Shown: positions 12,634 to 23,575 of the stretch, piece after piece
How the letters are laid out: each line of letters begins with the position of its first letter
Position numbering within the stretch: the first letter of the stretch is position 1
Assembly (NCBI GenBank): GCA_022605425.2
Contig: JAKIMF020000004.1
Location: forward strand, 1,302,001-1,366,000
Length of the DNA: 64,000 nt
Direction: 5' to 3'
From: Hamiltosporidium tvaerminnensis FI-OER-3-3
Lineage: Eukaryota > Fungi > Microsporidia
Translations under genes and position numbers: made by a program
The notes under the pieces: model-generated
Told to the model about the DNA's origin: nothing
Databases searched by the model: none
Seen by the model: the letters and a program-made list of their open reading frames with translations, nothing else

Positions 12634-13346
12634 AGGTGGAGGGAGGATAACCACATAAAAAACTTTCTGCTTGGCAATGAGTGTGTGAAACTGGTGTGAG
12701 ATCATTGTTTGGATTTTTGGTGGGAATAAAACCACACTACATCTCTGTTTGTTCCATGGGAGTTGTTATGAGGAGGGGAGGTCTAAGAGATGAAGAAACT
12801 TTTTCTACAAATTTATTTGTAGTTTTTTATGTAACCAGATTGCAGACCGCAGCTGAACATGTAGGTAATTGCCATGTAAAAGCATGGAAACCTAGCCTTG
12901 CTCACTCGGGTTAGAAGACTTAGCGCCTGGGGGATATAAAAATCAAAACCATTAAAAGCCGGGAGAGCTAAGTAGCAGGTTATACCAGTTGGTATGACAT
13001 TGCACTGTCTAGGTGGACCCCATGTAAGTCTCTGAAATATATCTTAGCTAGAAGTTTATTGGGTTCGAAAGTGTAGGTGTGGGAATGCTGCATAGTCTTG
13101 CCGGGGTTGCCTTCGATCACACTCCATGCAACGGAAATTGACGAACTCCGGGCAACTGCCTCGCCTAGTAATTAGGTTATACACACCTGGTAGATGAAAG
13201 GCTTTGGGGCGTTGGTATCGCAGGGGTTACTGATGGAGTTTTGAGGTAGCAGTTATTTATGTTAAACCTAGAACTGCGTTAATGTCATGAAAACAAATAT
13301 AACGCTTGACACTATTTTAAAAAGATGTGATACTTTTAAATAAAAA
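12634..13346 (+). mobile_element. ~700-nt structured non-coding retroposon, copy B
   Basis: Starts (A)GGTGGAGGGAGGATAACCAC and ends TTTTAAATAAAAA. Flanked by the 9-bp duplication GATTGCAAG (12625-12633 / 13347-13355) inside the Tc1 right TIR. Confidence 0.9.
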
Positions 13347-14271
13347 GATTGCAAGGATTATTATATTGATTGCAAGGATTATTATATTGATCGAAAAATT
13401 ATTATATTGATTGCAAAGATTATTATATTGATCGAAAAACCCTATATGTTTCTTATACTTTTATTACTCATATTTTAATTTTTGAACTTCTATCTGTATT
13501 TCATATCAGTTATAAGGGATAAATTTAATTGGGATTTTAAAGTTCACTTTTTTCTAGTAATTCACTTCAATTATAAAGTTCGAAGAAATTTAGGAATATG
13601 TGCATTTTTAATACGTTCCAGTTAAAATAATTTCAGTCTTATAATTTTATTTAGATTAATAGTTGATTCTTAGTGTGTCAAGATAGGTAGATTCTTTTAA
13701 TAAACTATTTTTCAAATTAAATTTATACTAATTTTAGTAAATATAAATCGAAAAAATAAGCTTATGATAGATCAATGTCTCAATTCGCTATAAAATATAT
13801 TTATAATTTAACTTTACTCTTTTTTATAATATTTTGAAGTCTATATGATCAAATTTTTTACTTTCTCAAAAGATAGAATCATTTATCTTTAAAATCATAT
13901 TATTTATATAATATCATATAAGAAGTTGAAGAAGTACTAAAAGATTGTACAACTGATTCAATGCAGATTATTAATATTGAAATTATAAAACGAGAATTTA
14001 GAAAGAAAAAAATATCAAAATAAGATGTAACTGTAAACAAATACTATAATTTAAACAAAACAATTTATTCGGATTTTTTTCTTTTATCCAAATCTTTATT
14101 GTAATTCATAGGTTTGTCTCTTTTTTGCAAATTATATTTACTTTTATCATTATTTCTACTAAAAGTATTATTAGATGTATTTGATGAATAATTTCTGTTA
14201 GAATTTTTATTAAACTGATTTCTGTTATTTTTATCTTGAAAATTGGAATTTCTATTTATAGAATTATCCCT

Positions 14272-14748
14272 TCATTCTTTATTGTTGAAAGAAGAATTTC
14301 TATTTTTATAGGAATCATTGGTTTTGTTTCTGTATCCACCACCTTCTTTACTGTTGAAAGAAGAATTTCTATTTTTATAGGAATCATTGTTTTTTCGTTT
14401 ATCTTTTTCTTCTTTAATTTTTTCTGTGTCAGTTCGTGATATAAAACGAGATTTTGGCATTAGTTTACGTTTATCGCAATAAAAAACGGTTCCTTCTTTT
14501 AATTTCTCGGTTTTATTGTCAGTAGGTGCTATACTTACATATACATCATCAAATGATCCCAATACTTCATCTATTTTTCCAATTTGTTCCAATTTTTTAG
14601 AAAAAACCATAGAATTTGGATATGGAATGTTGGCATTAGTAACAGATATTATTATCAAATCTTCACATTTATGTTTGAATGATCCCAATTCTTCTATATC
14701 ATCCTTAGTACATGGTTTATTGTCTTTCTTGTTTTTATATTTAATCAT
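14272..14748 (-). CDS. GAR1: H/ACA RNP subunit Gar1 (Gar1/Naf1 domain); frame continues past the TGA to 14065
   Basis: ELGSFKHKCE...IPYPNS.V......IGKIDEVLG..DDVYVSI...FY.D..KLMP..RF matches the Gar1 core. The start context is CCCTCAAATG. Confidence 0.85.
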   Translation of the reverse strand: MIKYKNKKDNKPCTKDDIEELGSFKHKCEDLIIISVTNANIPYPNSMVFSKKLEQIGKIDEVLGSFDDVYVSIAPTDNKTEKLKEGTVFYCDKRKLMPKSRFISRTDTEKIKEEKDKRKNNDSYKNRNSSFNSKEGGGYRNKTNDSYKNRNSSFNNKE

Positions 14749-14829
14749 TTGAGGGTAGAATATATGTAATTCGTTATTTGTATTAACAAAATATAAAAAA
14801 TTTTATTAAGAAATTAAGTTGCTAAATAT

Positions 14830-16600
14830 TTATTGAATAAAATTCTGGGTTAAAATATTTTTACCATTTTTATATGTTTTCTTCTACCTCTTAAACCACT
14901 TTTGTCTCTTCTTGCTAATCTGACTCTTTATTTATGTTATTGGTCGGTCCCTCAAAAGTGGTTCCTCCTTGTGAAATAAAGGGTGCTTTATTTTTTGGTT
15001 TAAAATTTTTTGCACCATCTTCCTCTCTCTTCTCATCTTTTAAAGGGGATGTTGGTTCCTCATGCATCTCTGCTCTCATAATAAACCCAATGACGCTCTC
15101 TGTCAGCTCTCTTCGGCATTTAGTCCTGACTCAAGTCCTCTTCGTCGATCAAAGGAAATTGTTTCGACTGTCTTCTTAAGTACTATAGACTGAATTATGC
15201 CTCTACATTCATGGGTATTTCTAGTCTTTTAAGACGAGATTTATGGTATTTTGTCACAATACCGTCCCAGGTCATCCCATAAGGGATTATCTCAACACTA
15301 CACTTATAAATAAGACCCAACTCATTGGCTAGCAGGTCATACTTCCTAAGTTTTTCAGTTTCAACTATTTGAAGTGAATCTTGGGAAGTGATACCTACTT
15401 CAATGAGTGTTATCTTATTCTTCTTCTTATCTAAAATAAATATATCGGGTCTGTTATTCCGAATTTTAATATCAGTTTTTATTCTGCTGTCCACTCTTAT
15501 CTCTGCATACTCATTATCAAGAATTTCTTGAACTGAGTGACTCCTTATTCGTTTTGAGGCCTTAAACTTATATCTATTTAGGTGAAGTAAGTGTAGGCAT
15601 CTTACCACTTCATTATGGCGTCTAGTGTAGTCATTGCCTAGCATTTTTTCACATCTAGTAGCTAGATGATCTACAGTCTTACCAGACTTCCCGCAGTGTT
15701 GACACACCATCTGCTCCCCAGAATACATTTCTATCCTGAATATAGCAGAACACAGCTTCATTTCGTAGCCTAATATTCCCTCTCTTTAACCATCTTGAAG
15801 AGTCACTAACACACACAAGCTCATTTTTTCTTGCATTATATAACTTTGAATGGTGTTTTCATTTTTCTATTTCGTTATATAGGTTAGCTAGTTGAGCTTC
15901 TTCTAAAATTTTTTTAGTGACCTCCTCTACCAACCCGTATTTTACTTGTAAAAAGTCTTTTATTAGTGCAAGATGGGTTTTATTATCATTCTCCACCCTT
16001 AAGGATTGCTGCTCGTCTAGTCGATAGTTCTTTAGATTTTTCCAGACAATCCAAGATTTGCAGAAGCATATATTCGCTTCGCAACTCAACACTATGTAGG
16101 CCTCTTCCAAGTTCTGTTCTAGGAAGGTACAAGCGCTCTTTACATCCTGAGTGAAGATATATCTTATTCTTCACCAACACCGCACGCACTGCATCATCTA
16201 ACTTAGAGAAATCAGCCGGTTTAAGTCGAAGTACTCCTATGTGGTAGTTGATTGACGATATCGCATGTTGATTAATTGCAGAAAATAAATTTTTTGCATT
16301 TAATCTAGTGTGACAAAGTCTTTCAACTCTTGCTATAAGTTTGCTCTGTACTTCTTCAAATGAGCTACGTGTTGGGATTCCTCTGCTATCTTCTATTATT
16401 CCTAAATATTTGTAAACACTAACACCTTCTAGAAGAGTTGCAGTATCTTCACAACACGTATCATTTGTGGCTGACTTCTCTTTGTTAATCTCTAAGCCAA
16501 TCACCTCTAAAAATGCCTTTGCCTCGCCTGTCATAGCACTTAATGTTGAGCTGTTTTTTGAAAGGAGCTTAAAATCGTCAATAAACAAGAGATAGTTTAA
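14830..16600 (-). mobile_element. R4/Dong-like RLE non-LTR retrotransposon, 5'-truncated at RT motif C, frameshifted
   Basis: LFIDDFKL, YKYLG, GRGL, a CCHC knuckle (CQHC..TVDHLATRC), RRHNEV and an RPDI..IEVG..KLRKY PD-(D/E)xK nuclease. The 3' end is TTAACCCAGAATTTTATTCAATAAA. Confidence 0.9.
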
Positions 16601-17844
16601 GTTATAAATACATTTTTTTTAATTATTAAATAATAAAATATTTTAAAATATAGAATATTATAATATTTATTTCGTGAGATTACTTGCAATTAGTAAATAA
16701 CTTTATATCTATGAAAAAATTTACGATAAATGAAATATCTAATTTAACTTATTTAAATTAATTAAATGGCAAAATATTGGAGGATATAAAGTTAGAACAA
16801 ATAAAATTGATTCAACGTTTATATTAAATTAAGTGAAAATGTGGGTTTTTATTATATTCGAACTCTTTAAAGTGATAAAAACCGAATAAATTTATTTTTT
16901 AGAACAATTTCCACAAATTATGGTTAACTGCTACTTTTAAATGTTTTTTTTAAATAATTCCATATTTAAAATAAACATCATCCATCAAAAAAGCCATTCT
17001 AACCTTTTCAAAAACTCCAAAGGTATTTGAGATAGCAGCAAACTTTGAAATATTTGTTAGTCTACTATAAAATCAGAACAAGTATCATTTTTTACATAGG
17101 TTTTTAATTTTTTTAATACATTTCCTTTTCTAAATGTAAATTAAAGATATTAAAATTATTTGAATATTTTAATATATTCGAATTAAGATAAGGTAATATT
17201 TACCAGATACTTTAACAATACAAATGATTGATCATTTAGGTACAAAAAATAAAGTAAAATTAGGAATCTTACATAGGAAAATATCACATAATATTTTATA
17301 TCTAAAGATTAGTTGTCTTATATTGATGTTCTAAACCCTTGGATTATTAATAATATGTAATAATTAAAAATATATGATTTGTTTTCAAATGTTCATTTTT
17401 TTGACAAAAATTGTATTTCAAACATATTCTTTCGATTTTATTAGGTTATATTCGGGTAATAAGAATAGAGTATGATTAATTTAAAATGTGTTTTGATTGT
17501 TAGAGTATCATTAAAAATATAGCTGTTATTTTTCTTACACCGTAAAATAAAGCTTTGTACTTTAATGTTAATTTAAAGTATTTAAATCATTGTTGATAAA
17601 AACATTGAAACTGTATAATAGATATAATACTTATAACAATGTAATTAGATGTATTATCAGGTGGAATATTTAAAAGTAAAATACATCAAAGTATATAAAA
17701 AATTTAAATTAGTGTTTTATTCTTTTCTTAAGTCGTGTACTAACATACTCGTCTACAATGTAATTCAAATAATAATCATTTGTGCTTTTTGAATATTTTC
17801 AGTTAAATTGAACTAGTAATGCTCGTTTGAATTAAAATCCTAAC

Positions 17845-18460
17845 AAATAAATTTTCTACTTTTTAAATTCTTTATTCCACTTTTTAAAACACTTCGTTTT
17901 TTTAATATTAATCTAAAGGTTCATTTAATATTATTGTAGGTTTTTCAACCATAACTATATCATCTAAAATGCTGGGTAAAAAATTCTTCTTTTTTACATA
18001 TTTAGCACCATATTCTTTGCTTTTCACTTGCTATAATCAGAGTATTGGTTGTTTATATTTCTCCAACTCATTCAATATTACCAAATGGCGCCTTTTCTCA
18101 ATTTTCTTCAGCATTTACTTCATGTTCAGTCCTCTTCGGTGATTAAAATAAATTATTTAGACAATGTTTTTTTGTAATATCGACTGAATATATGTTTATA
18201 TTCATGAGTAATTGTAGTCTGTTATGGGATTACCTCTAGTATTTTTTTATCATACCATCTCAGTTTATGACACAAGGGATTATCTCAATACTACGCTTAT
18301 AAATAAAACCTATATTGTTTTCTAATAGGTTATAGTTCCTTGTTTTCTCTGTTTCTACTGTTTGAAGGGAGTATTAGAAAGTGATTCTTACTTTAATTAT
18401 AATTATCTTATTCCGATTCTTTTATTCAAAAAATATATCCAGTTCTATTATTCCTACCTT
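17845..18460 (-). mobile_element. Decayed 3' (RLE) fragment of the R4-like retrotransposon
   Basis: 18130-18450 aligns to 15135-15460 (cctcttcg..., aagggattatctcaa.acta...cttataaataa). The left boundary is approximate. Confidence 0.65.
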
Positions 18461-18559
18461 TTGAAAGGTTTTTAAAAAAAATTGTTGAGATACAACTCTA
18501 TTTTTAAAACATGTTGTAAAAAAAACTTTTAAAATTTTTTTAGAAAAAATTTATGCCGA

Positions 18560-20258
18560 ACATTTGAGAAATACTTTCAGTACGTTGATACGAAAGCTAA
18601 TGAGCTCTGCTCTCTAGATAGAAAGTTTGAAGGGTCCTTTGAAGTATATATGCATTGGACTAGTGTTAAGAACCAATGTAACAAACAGCAGAGATAACAA
18701 TAGCCCAGAAAAAAATCGGACGCAAAACATGAAGTATGATAAGATATACGAAAGCCAATACATATGAAATTTTATATGGTTCGAAAGGCTATATGAAAAG
18801 ACTAAAAATAGCAAACAAGAGTTAAGTCAAGTAAAAAAAGCCTTTTATCTCCTGAGAAGAGAGAAAGCAAATAAGCTTATAAAATTTAAGAAATAGAAAA
18901 AAATTATCGCAGAACAAATAGATTCGAACGATTTACAAAATTATAGATCATAAGAAAAAAAAATGAAAGTTATTTTTGACCCGATGATATAATAGCGGAG
19001 AGCATACAACCTTATACTTATTTTCGGATCGTAAAAAGTATTAAAAGACAAGGCAAATATTTCGATAATCAACGTATTTGAACTATGAAAAATACAAACG
19101 AAAAAAGTCAAACAAAAAAACCTTGTCGAATGCGATTGATACTAAATAAAGCTGAAGAAAAGGTTGTAACTGTGATGGTTCTAGCAGCGACGCCACGTGT
19201 TATAGTGAACATAAGAGCCAATAAAGCGGGGTATAAGACTATATTACAAATGATTTCTTAAATATGAACTGATTTTCAGAGAGGCAGCCTGTAAAACCAA
19301 TCAAGAGAATTCCGGACAAAGAAAAAAAATGTAACAATTAAATGTGTTTAGAAAATGCAATCTATATAAAAGAATTGAAAAATGAACTTCAAATGGTGGA
19401 ATATCTTTAAACTTTATTTTATAAAAAGTAAGTCAAGCAGGATTGGGGTTAGATCGGAGCCATAAGAATAATACGTTCTTGGAGACCATTAAAGTAGATC
19501 AAGAAGAGACGGATATACACCCGATTGTATATTTGCGATATTACTTGATGCTTGAAAATGCTAGGAGGTTAGTACTTTGAAATCGCATCTCTTTGAACAT
19601 TAAAACTAGCCATATGATAGCATTCATCGCGAACTATTGTACAAGATGCTCGAAAATTTGAAAAGTCTATTGAAAATTATTCTTTCAATAAAAATTAAAC
19701 CGGTTAGAACAAACTAAAGAACATATTTAACTAGTAATATATCCAATGATTATAGTATTAATTCGGAATTAGATCAAAGTGTTACATAATCTGTCATGAA
19801 ATTAAACCCAACAATGAAGCTAAAAACCCGTTATTTAGAAACAAAAACCGGTGGTACAACATTTAGTGAACTAACACAATAAATAGCATATTTAGATGAT
19901 TCAGCATCGTTTCGAGGAAAGCTAAAGATATAAAGGCTTTATTAATAAAAATTTAATGGGGACCAGAAAGGGTTGTTTTCAAAGTAAATGAAACTGAGAA
20001 AAATATTATGGAAATGTTTTCTTCACATAGCTTCATATTGATTTTAAAAAGTATCCGGTTTGAAATGCTCAAAACACTTGTAAATGATAATAATAAATGT
20101 AAAGAGAAATACAGAAAGAATAAAGGCAAGGGATCGGATCTAATTTGCCTTGAACAGCTAACCGAAGTCAGATATTATAGACCGAATTTGAAAAAAAATG
20201 TATGAAATAATTATTGGAATTTTGCTAATAATTTTTATGTTATATTGATGATGAAATA
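18560..20258 (+). mobile_element. Decayed RTE-like LINE, RT portion (left part; interrupted by the R4-like copy)
   Basis: Residual motifs AYDSIHRELLYKML (~19609-19650) and IAYLDD (~19883-19900) survive among many stops and frameshifts. Confidence 0.55.
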
Positions 20259-23200
20259 TTTTTATTTAATAAAATTCTGGGTTAAAATATTTTTTACCAT
20301 TTTTACATGTTTTCTTCTACCTCTTTGACCACTTTTGTCTCTTCTTCCAAATCCGACTCTTCATTTATGTTATTGGTCGGTTCCTCTAAAGTGGTTCCTC
20401 CTTGTAAAATAAAGGGGGCTTTATATTTTGGTTTAAAATTTTTGGCACCATCTTCCTCTGTTTTCGCTTCTTTTAAAGGGGGTATTGGTTCCTCATGCAT
20501 CTCTGATCTCATAATAACACCCATTGACGCTCTCTCCCAGCTCTCTTCGGCATTTAGTCCTGACTCAAGTCCTCTTCGTCGATCAAAGGAAATAGTTTCG
20601 ACTGTTTTTTAAGTACTATAGACTGAATGTTGCTTCTATTCTGGGTATTTCTGTCTTTTAAGATGGATTTTGGTTTTTGTCATACCGTCCCGGTCATCCT
20701 AGGGATTATCTCAACTACATTTATAAATAAGGCCCACTTTGGCTGGGTCTCTTCTTGTTTTTGTTTCACTATTTGAAGTGAATCTTGGGTGATTCCTCTT
20801 ATGGTGTTTCTTTTTTCTTCTTATCTAAATAAATATGTCCGGTCTGTTTTAATTTTAACATCGTTTTAATTCTGGTGTCTCTTTTCGCTACTCTTTCAAT
20901 TTCTTGAACTGGTGGCTCCTTATTCGTTTTGAAGACTTAAACTTATTCTTTTGAAGGGGGTGTGGCATCTAACCACTTCATTATGCGTCTGTGTAATCTG
21001 GCCTGATTTTTCATCTAGTTGCTGATGATCCCGTCTTACCGACTTCCCGCATGTTGACACACCTTGCTCCCGAATACATTTCTTCCTGGATATAGCGAAC
21101 ACGCTTCTTTGTGGCCTATATTTCCTTTTTGCCATCTTGAGGTCACTAACACTCCGCTCTTTTTTTTGCATTATATAACTTTGATGGGTTTTCGTTTTTA
21201 TTTCGTTTATAGTTTTGGTTGGTTCTCTAAACTTTCTTAGTGACTTCTTCACCAACCTGTACTTTACTTTTAAGAAGCCTTTTATTAGTGCAGATGGGTT
21301 TTTTATTATTCTCCACCTTGAGGATTGCTGCTCGTCTGTTGATATTTCTTTACTTTTTCAACATCCAGAGTTGCGGCTATGTTCGCTTCGCAACTCACAC
21401 TTGTAGACCTCTTCCAGTTCTGTTCTAGGAAGATACACCGTCTTTACATCCTGGGCGGGATGTTCTTTTTTTAACCACACCGCACGCACTGCCTCATCTA
21501 ACTTGAAGTCGCCGGTTGTCGAAGTACTCCTTGTGGTAGTTGATTAACGATATCGCATGTTGATTGATTGCGAAAATAAATTTTTGCGTTTAATCTAGTG
21601 TGAAGTCTTTCACTCTTGATATAAGTTTGCTCTGTACTTCTTCAATGGCTACGTGTTGGGTTCCTCTGCTATCTTCTATTATTCCTAATATTTGTAAACA
21701 CTAACACCTTCTGGGTAGCGTATCTTCCACACGTATCATTTGTGGCTGACTTCTCTTTGTTAATCTCTAAGCCATCACCTCAAAATTCCTTTGCCTCGCC
21801 TGTCTAGTCAATGTGGGCTGTCTTTTGGGGCTTAGATCATCATAAACAAGGATGATTAGTGAATGGGTTCTGCATCTGTTTGTACTGTCACTTTTGTGTT
21901 TTTTCTTGCTTTCGGCTTAATGGATCCTACACAACACAATAACAAGGTGACAACTATCTCCTTGTATTCCTCTATCATCTTCTTGCTCTGTTTTTTCGGC
22001 CCTACTGATATATCATTTTCCATTTTGATATAATTACCTTAATAAATTTCGGATCCAATCGGTAATTAAGGTTTTCATGCATTGAGTTAAATAAGCATGA
22101 TCTATTGGTCATAGCTTTTTAACATCATCCTGTTGCTTAAGATTATTTCCATACTCTTTATTTAAGGCAATATTCGTGGCTGTCTTTCCTCCCTGCACCT
22201 CTTACGCCCCTAGTTGGTTCTCTGCAGCACCCTCGCCTTTCCACTTCAGTTGAACGACTTTCGTTACACCTTTGTCGTTAACTTATAGGGTTGGGCTAAG
22301 TGATTGGCCTGTGTGGCCTCTTCGTGGATTCCTTTCGGTATCAATACGTGCCCGCGTAAACCATGCTTGGGTGTTCCTTCTAAACATATACTTTCCATAT
22401 CATAAGTATTTGTGAGAGTTGTAGTTTCTTAATGAAAAATTGTAATACCATATTCCGGCTTTCATTGGAGCCAATTAATGATATTCCAATTCATCAGTGA
22501 AGGAAACGTGGTCGGATGATTATCTGATACAATGGAATCAATAATCATCGTACGTGACTGTGTCATCTTTTTGTTCCATTGTAGACCAAAACTCACATTT
22601 CATCACGGCTAACCCTGCTCGGATTCCCACGCTCGGATAACCCACGATAAATCGACCTCGGAAAGCTCAACTACGATTCTTTTCGATTGCTTCCTACTTT
22701 CTGCTCGTATTTTTTTCGTAAACATTCAAGACTCTTCTTCTTAACTAAAGCCTCGAAAGATGTTACGCTGCTCAGTTTAAATTAAACTCTCGCTGTTTTT
22801 TAAGGCTCTTCTTTCCAAGTGGGCTTTTCCGCTTCGAGCTTTCTCGGGATCTTTGGAGTACTACTTGATTTTACTTTTGTTTTCTTCCAGCGGATCTGGC
22901 TTCTTTTCGTGTTGCCTCGTCTGTACCTGCGCGCTTGCATGATATACGCGGCTTCCGTATTGACTCGGTTGGCTCCTGCATATTCACACTACTCGATTTA
23001 TGAGATCCGAACTTTACTATCACCAATCATTTGGTGTTTTCTGTTCGCACCCTTTTCATTTCGTTCTCGGATTTCTTTGATTTTACTCATTTATCTCTCG
23101 GTTTTGTACTCCGTGGTGTCGGTCGGTGCTGTTCGCGGACGTGGCGATTCTCGTCGCTTCCTTCTTTCTGTTTTACATCCTTTCCTCTCCTTTGTGCCAT

Positions 23201-23575
23201 TTTTTAACACTTGTTTCGTGGCCAATTTTCTTTAGTACCTGTGGCTCTGTCCGCCATTTCTTGGATTCTTTCAACCTTGTCTGTACTGCAAAACATTCGG
23301 CCATCCTTCGGGTGGTGTTCGGAATCGATATCGTCCGCATGCCATTAGCCTGTTACCTTCCGATAGCTGGTACGGGGCTTGTCTGTGTCGATGGCTCGCC
23401 GCGGACTTCACCAAGGGGAACTGTGCATTAGGCAGGTGGTGTCGCCCACTTTTTGATTTTACTGCATGTTTGGCTTTGGTGGGGTGTTATTGTTGTGTGG
23501 GGGGGTGGTCGCCGGTGGGTGTGTCATTTGTATCTCACTTCCCTTTTCCCCTGGTCGTTTGCGCCTTTTTTTGTA
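20259..23575 (-). mobile_element. Near-full-length R4/Dong-like RLE non-LTR retrotransposon with massive single-base deletions
   Basis: Colinear with 14830-16600 and extends about 1.7 kb further through RT motifs into a GC-rich 5' region. It has the same 3' terminus, TTAACCCAGAATTTTATTAAATAAAAA. Confidence 0.9.
23339..23450 (-). ncRNA. Candidate HDV-like self-cleaving ribozyme in the retrotransposon 5' UTR
   Basis: Hand-folded in canonical order: P1 GUGGGC/GUCCGC, P2 AUGCACA/UG(U)GCAU, P3 UUC/GAA, L3 CCCUUGGU, P1.1 CC/GG, J4/2 CUAA. Confidence 0.55.

Larger units (their letters stand above)
11308..13444 (+). mobile_element. Tc1/IS630-type (DD34E) DNA transposon, defective; right TIR interrupted by a retroposon
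   Basis: TIRs run TAGGGTTTTTCGATCAATATAATAAT... / ...ATTATTATATTGATCGAAAAACCCTA and are flanked by TA on both sides (11306-7 and 13445-6). Confidence 0.9.

Noticed and set aside
12681-12914. 77-aa ORF MCETGVRSLF..., repeated at 35471-35704, and antisense ORFs at 8663 and 45573
   Set aside because: These lie within the 700-nt repeat, one starts at GTG, and they are not maintained in the diverged copies. The similarity reflects DNA copy identity.
12840-13050. 700-nt element as a group I intron (CCGCAGC Q-like, AGACTTA/TAAGTCT P7-like)
   Set aside because: I could not build a consistent P3/P4/P6, and TSDs plus an A-rich tail point to retroposition. A cmscan is needed.
20236-20260. TATATTGATGATGAAA vs TATATTTGTGATGAAA (~23610) as a TSD of the full-length R4-like copy
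   Set aside because: The match is imperfect and offset about 35 bp from the apparent element end.
22819-23431. Plus-strand ORFs of 138 and 101 aa
   Set aside because: They are by-products of A depletion (stop codons need A) on the antisense strand of the retrotransposon.
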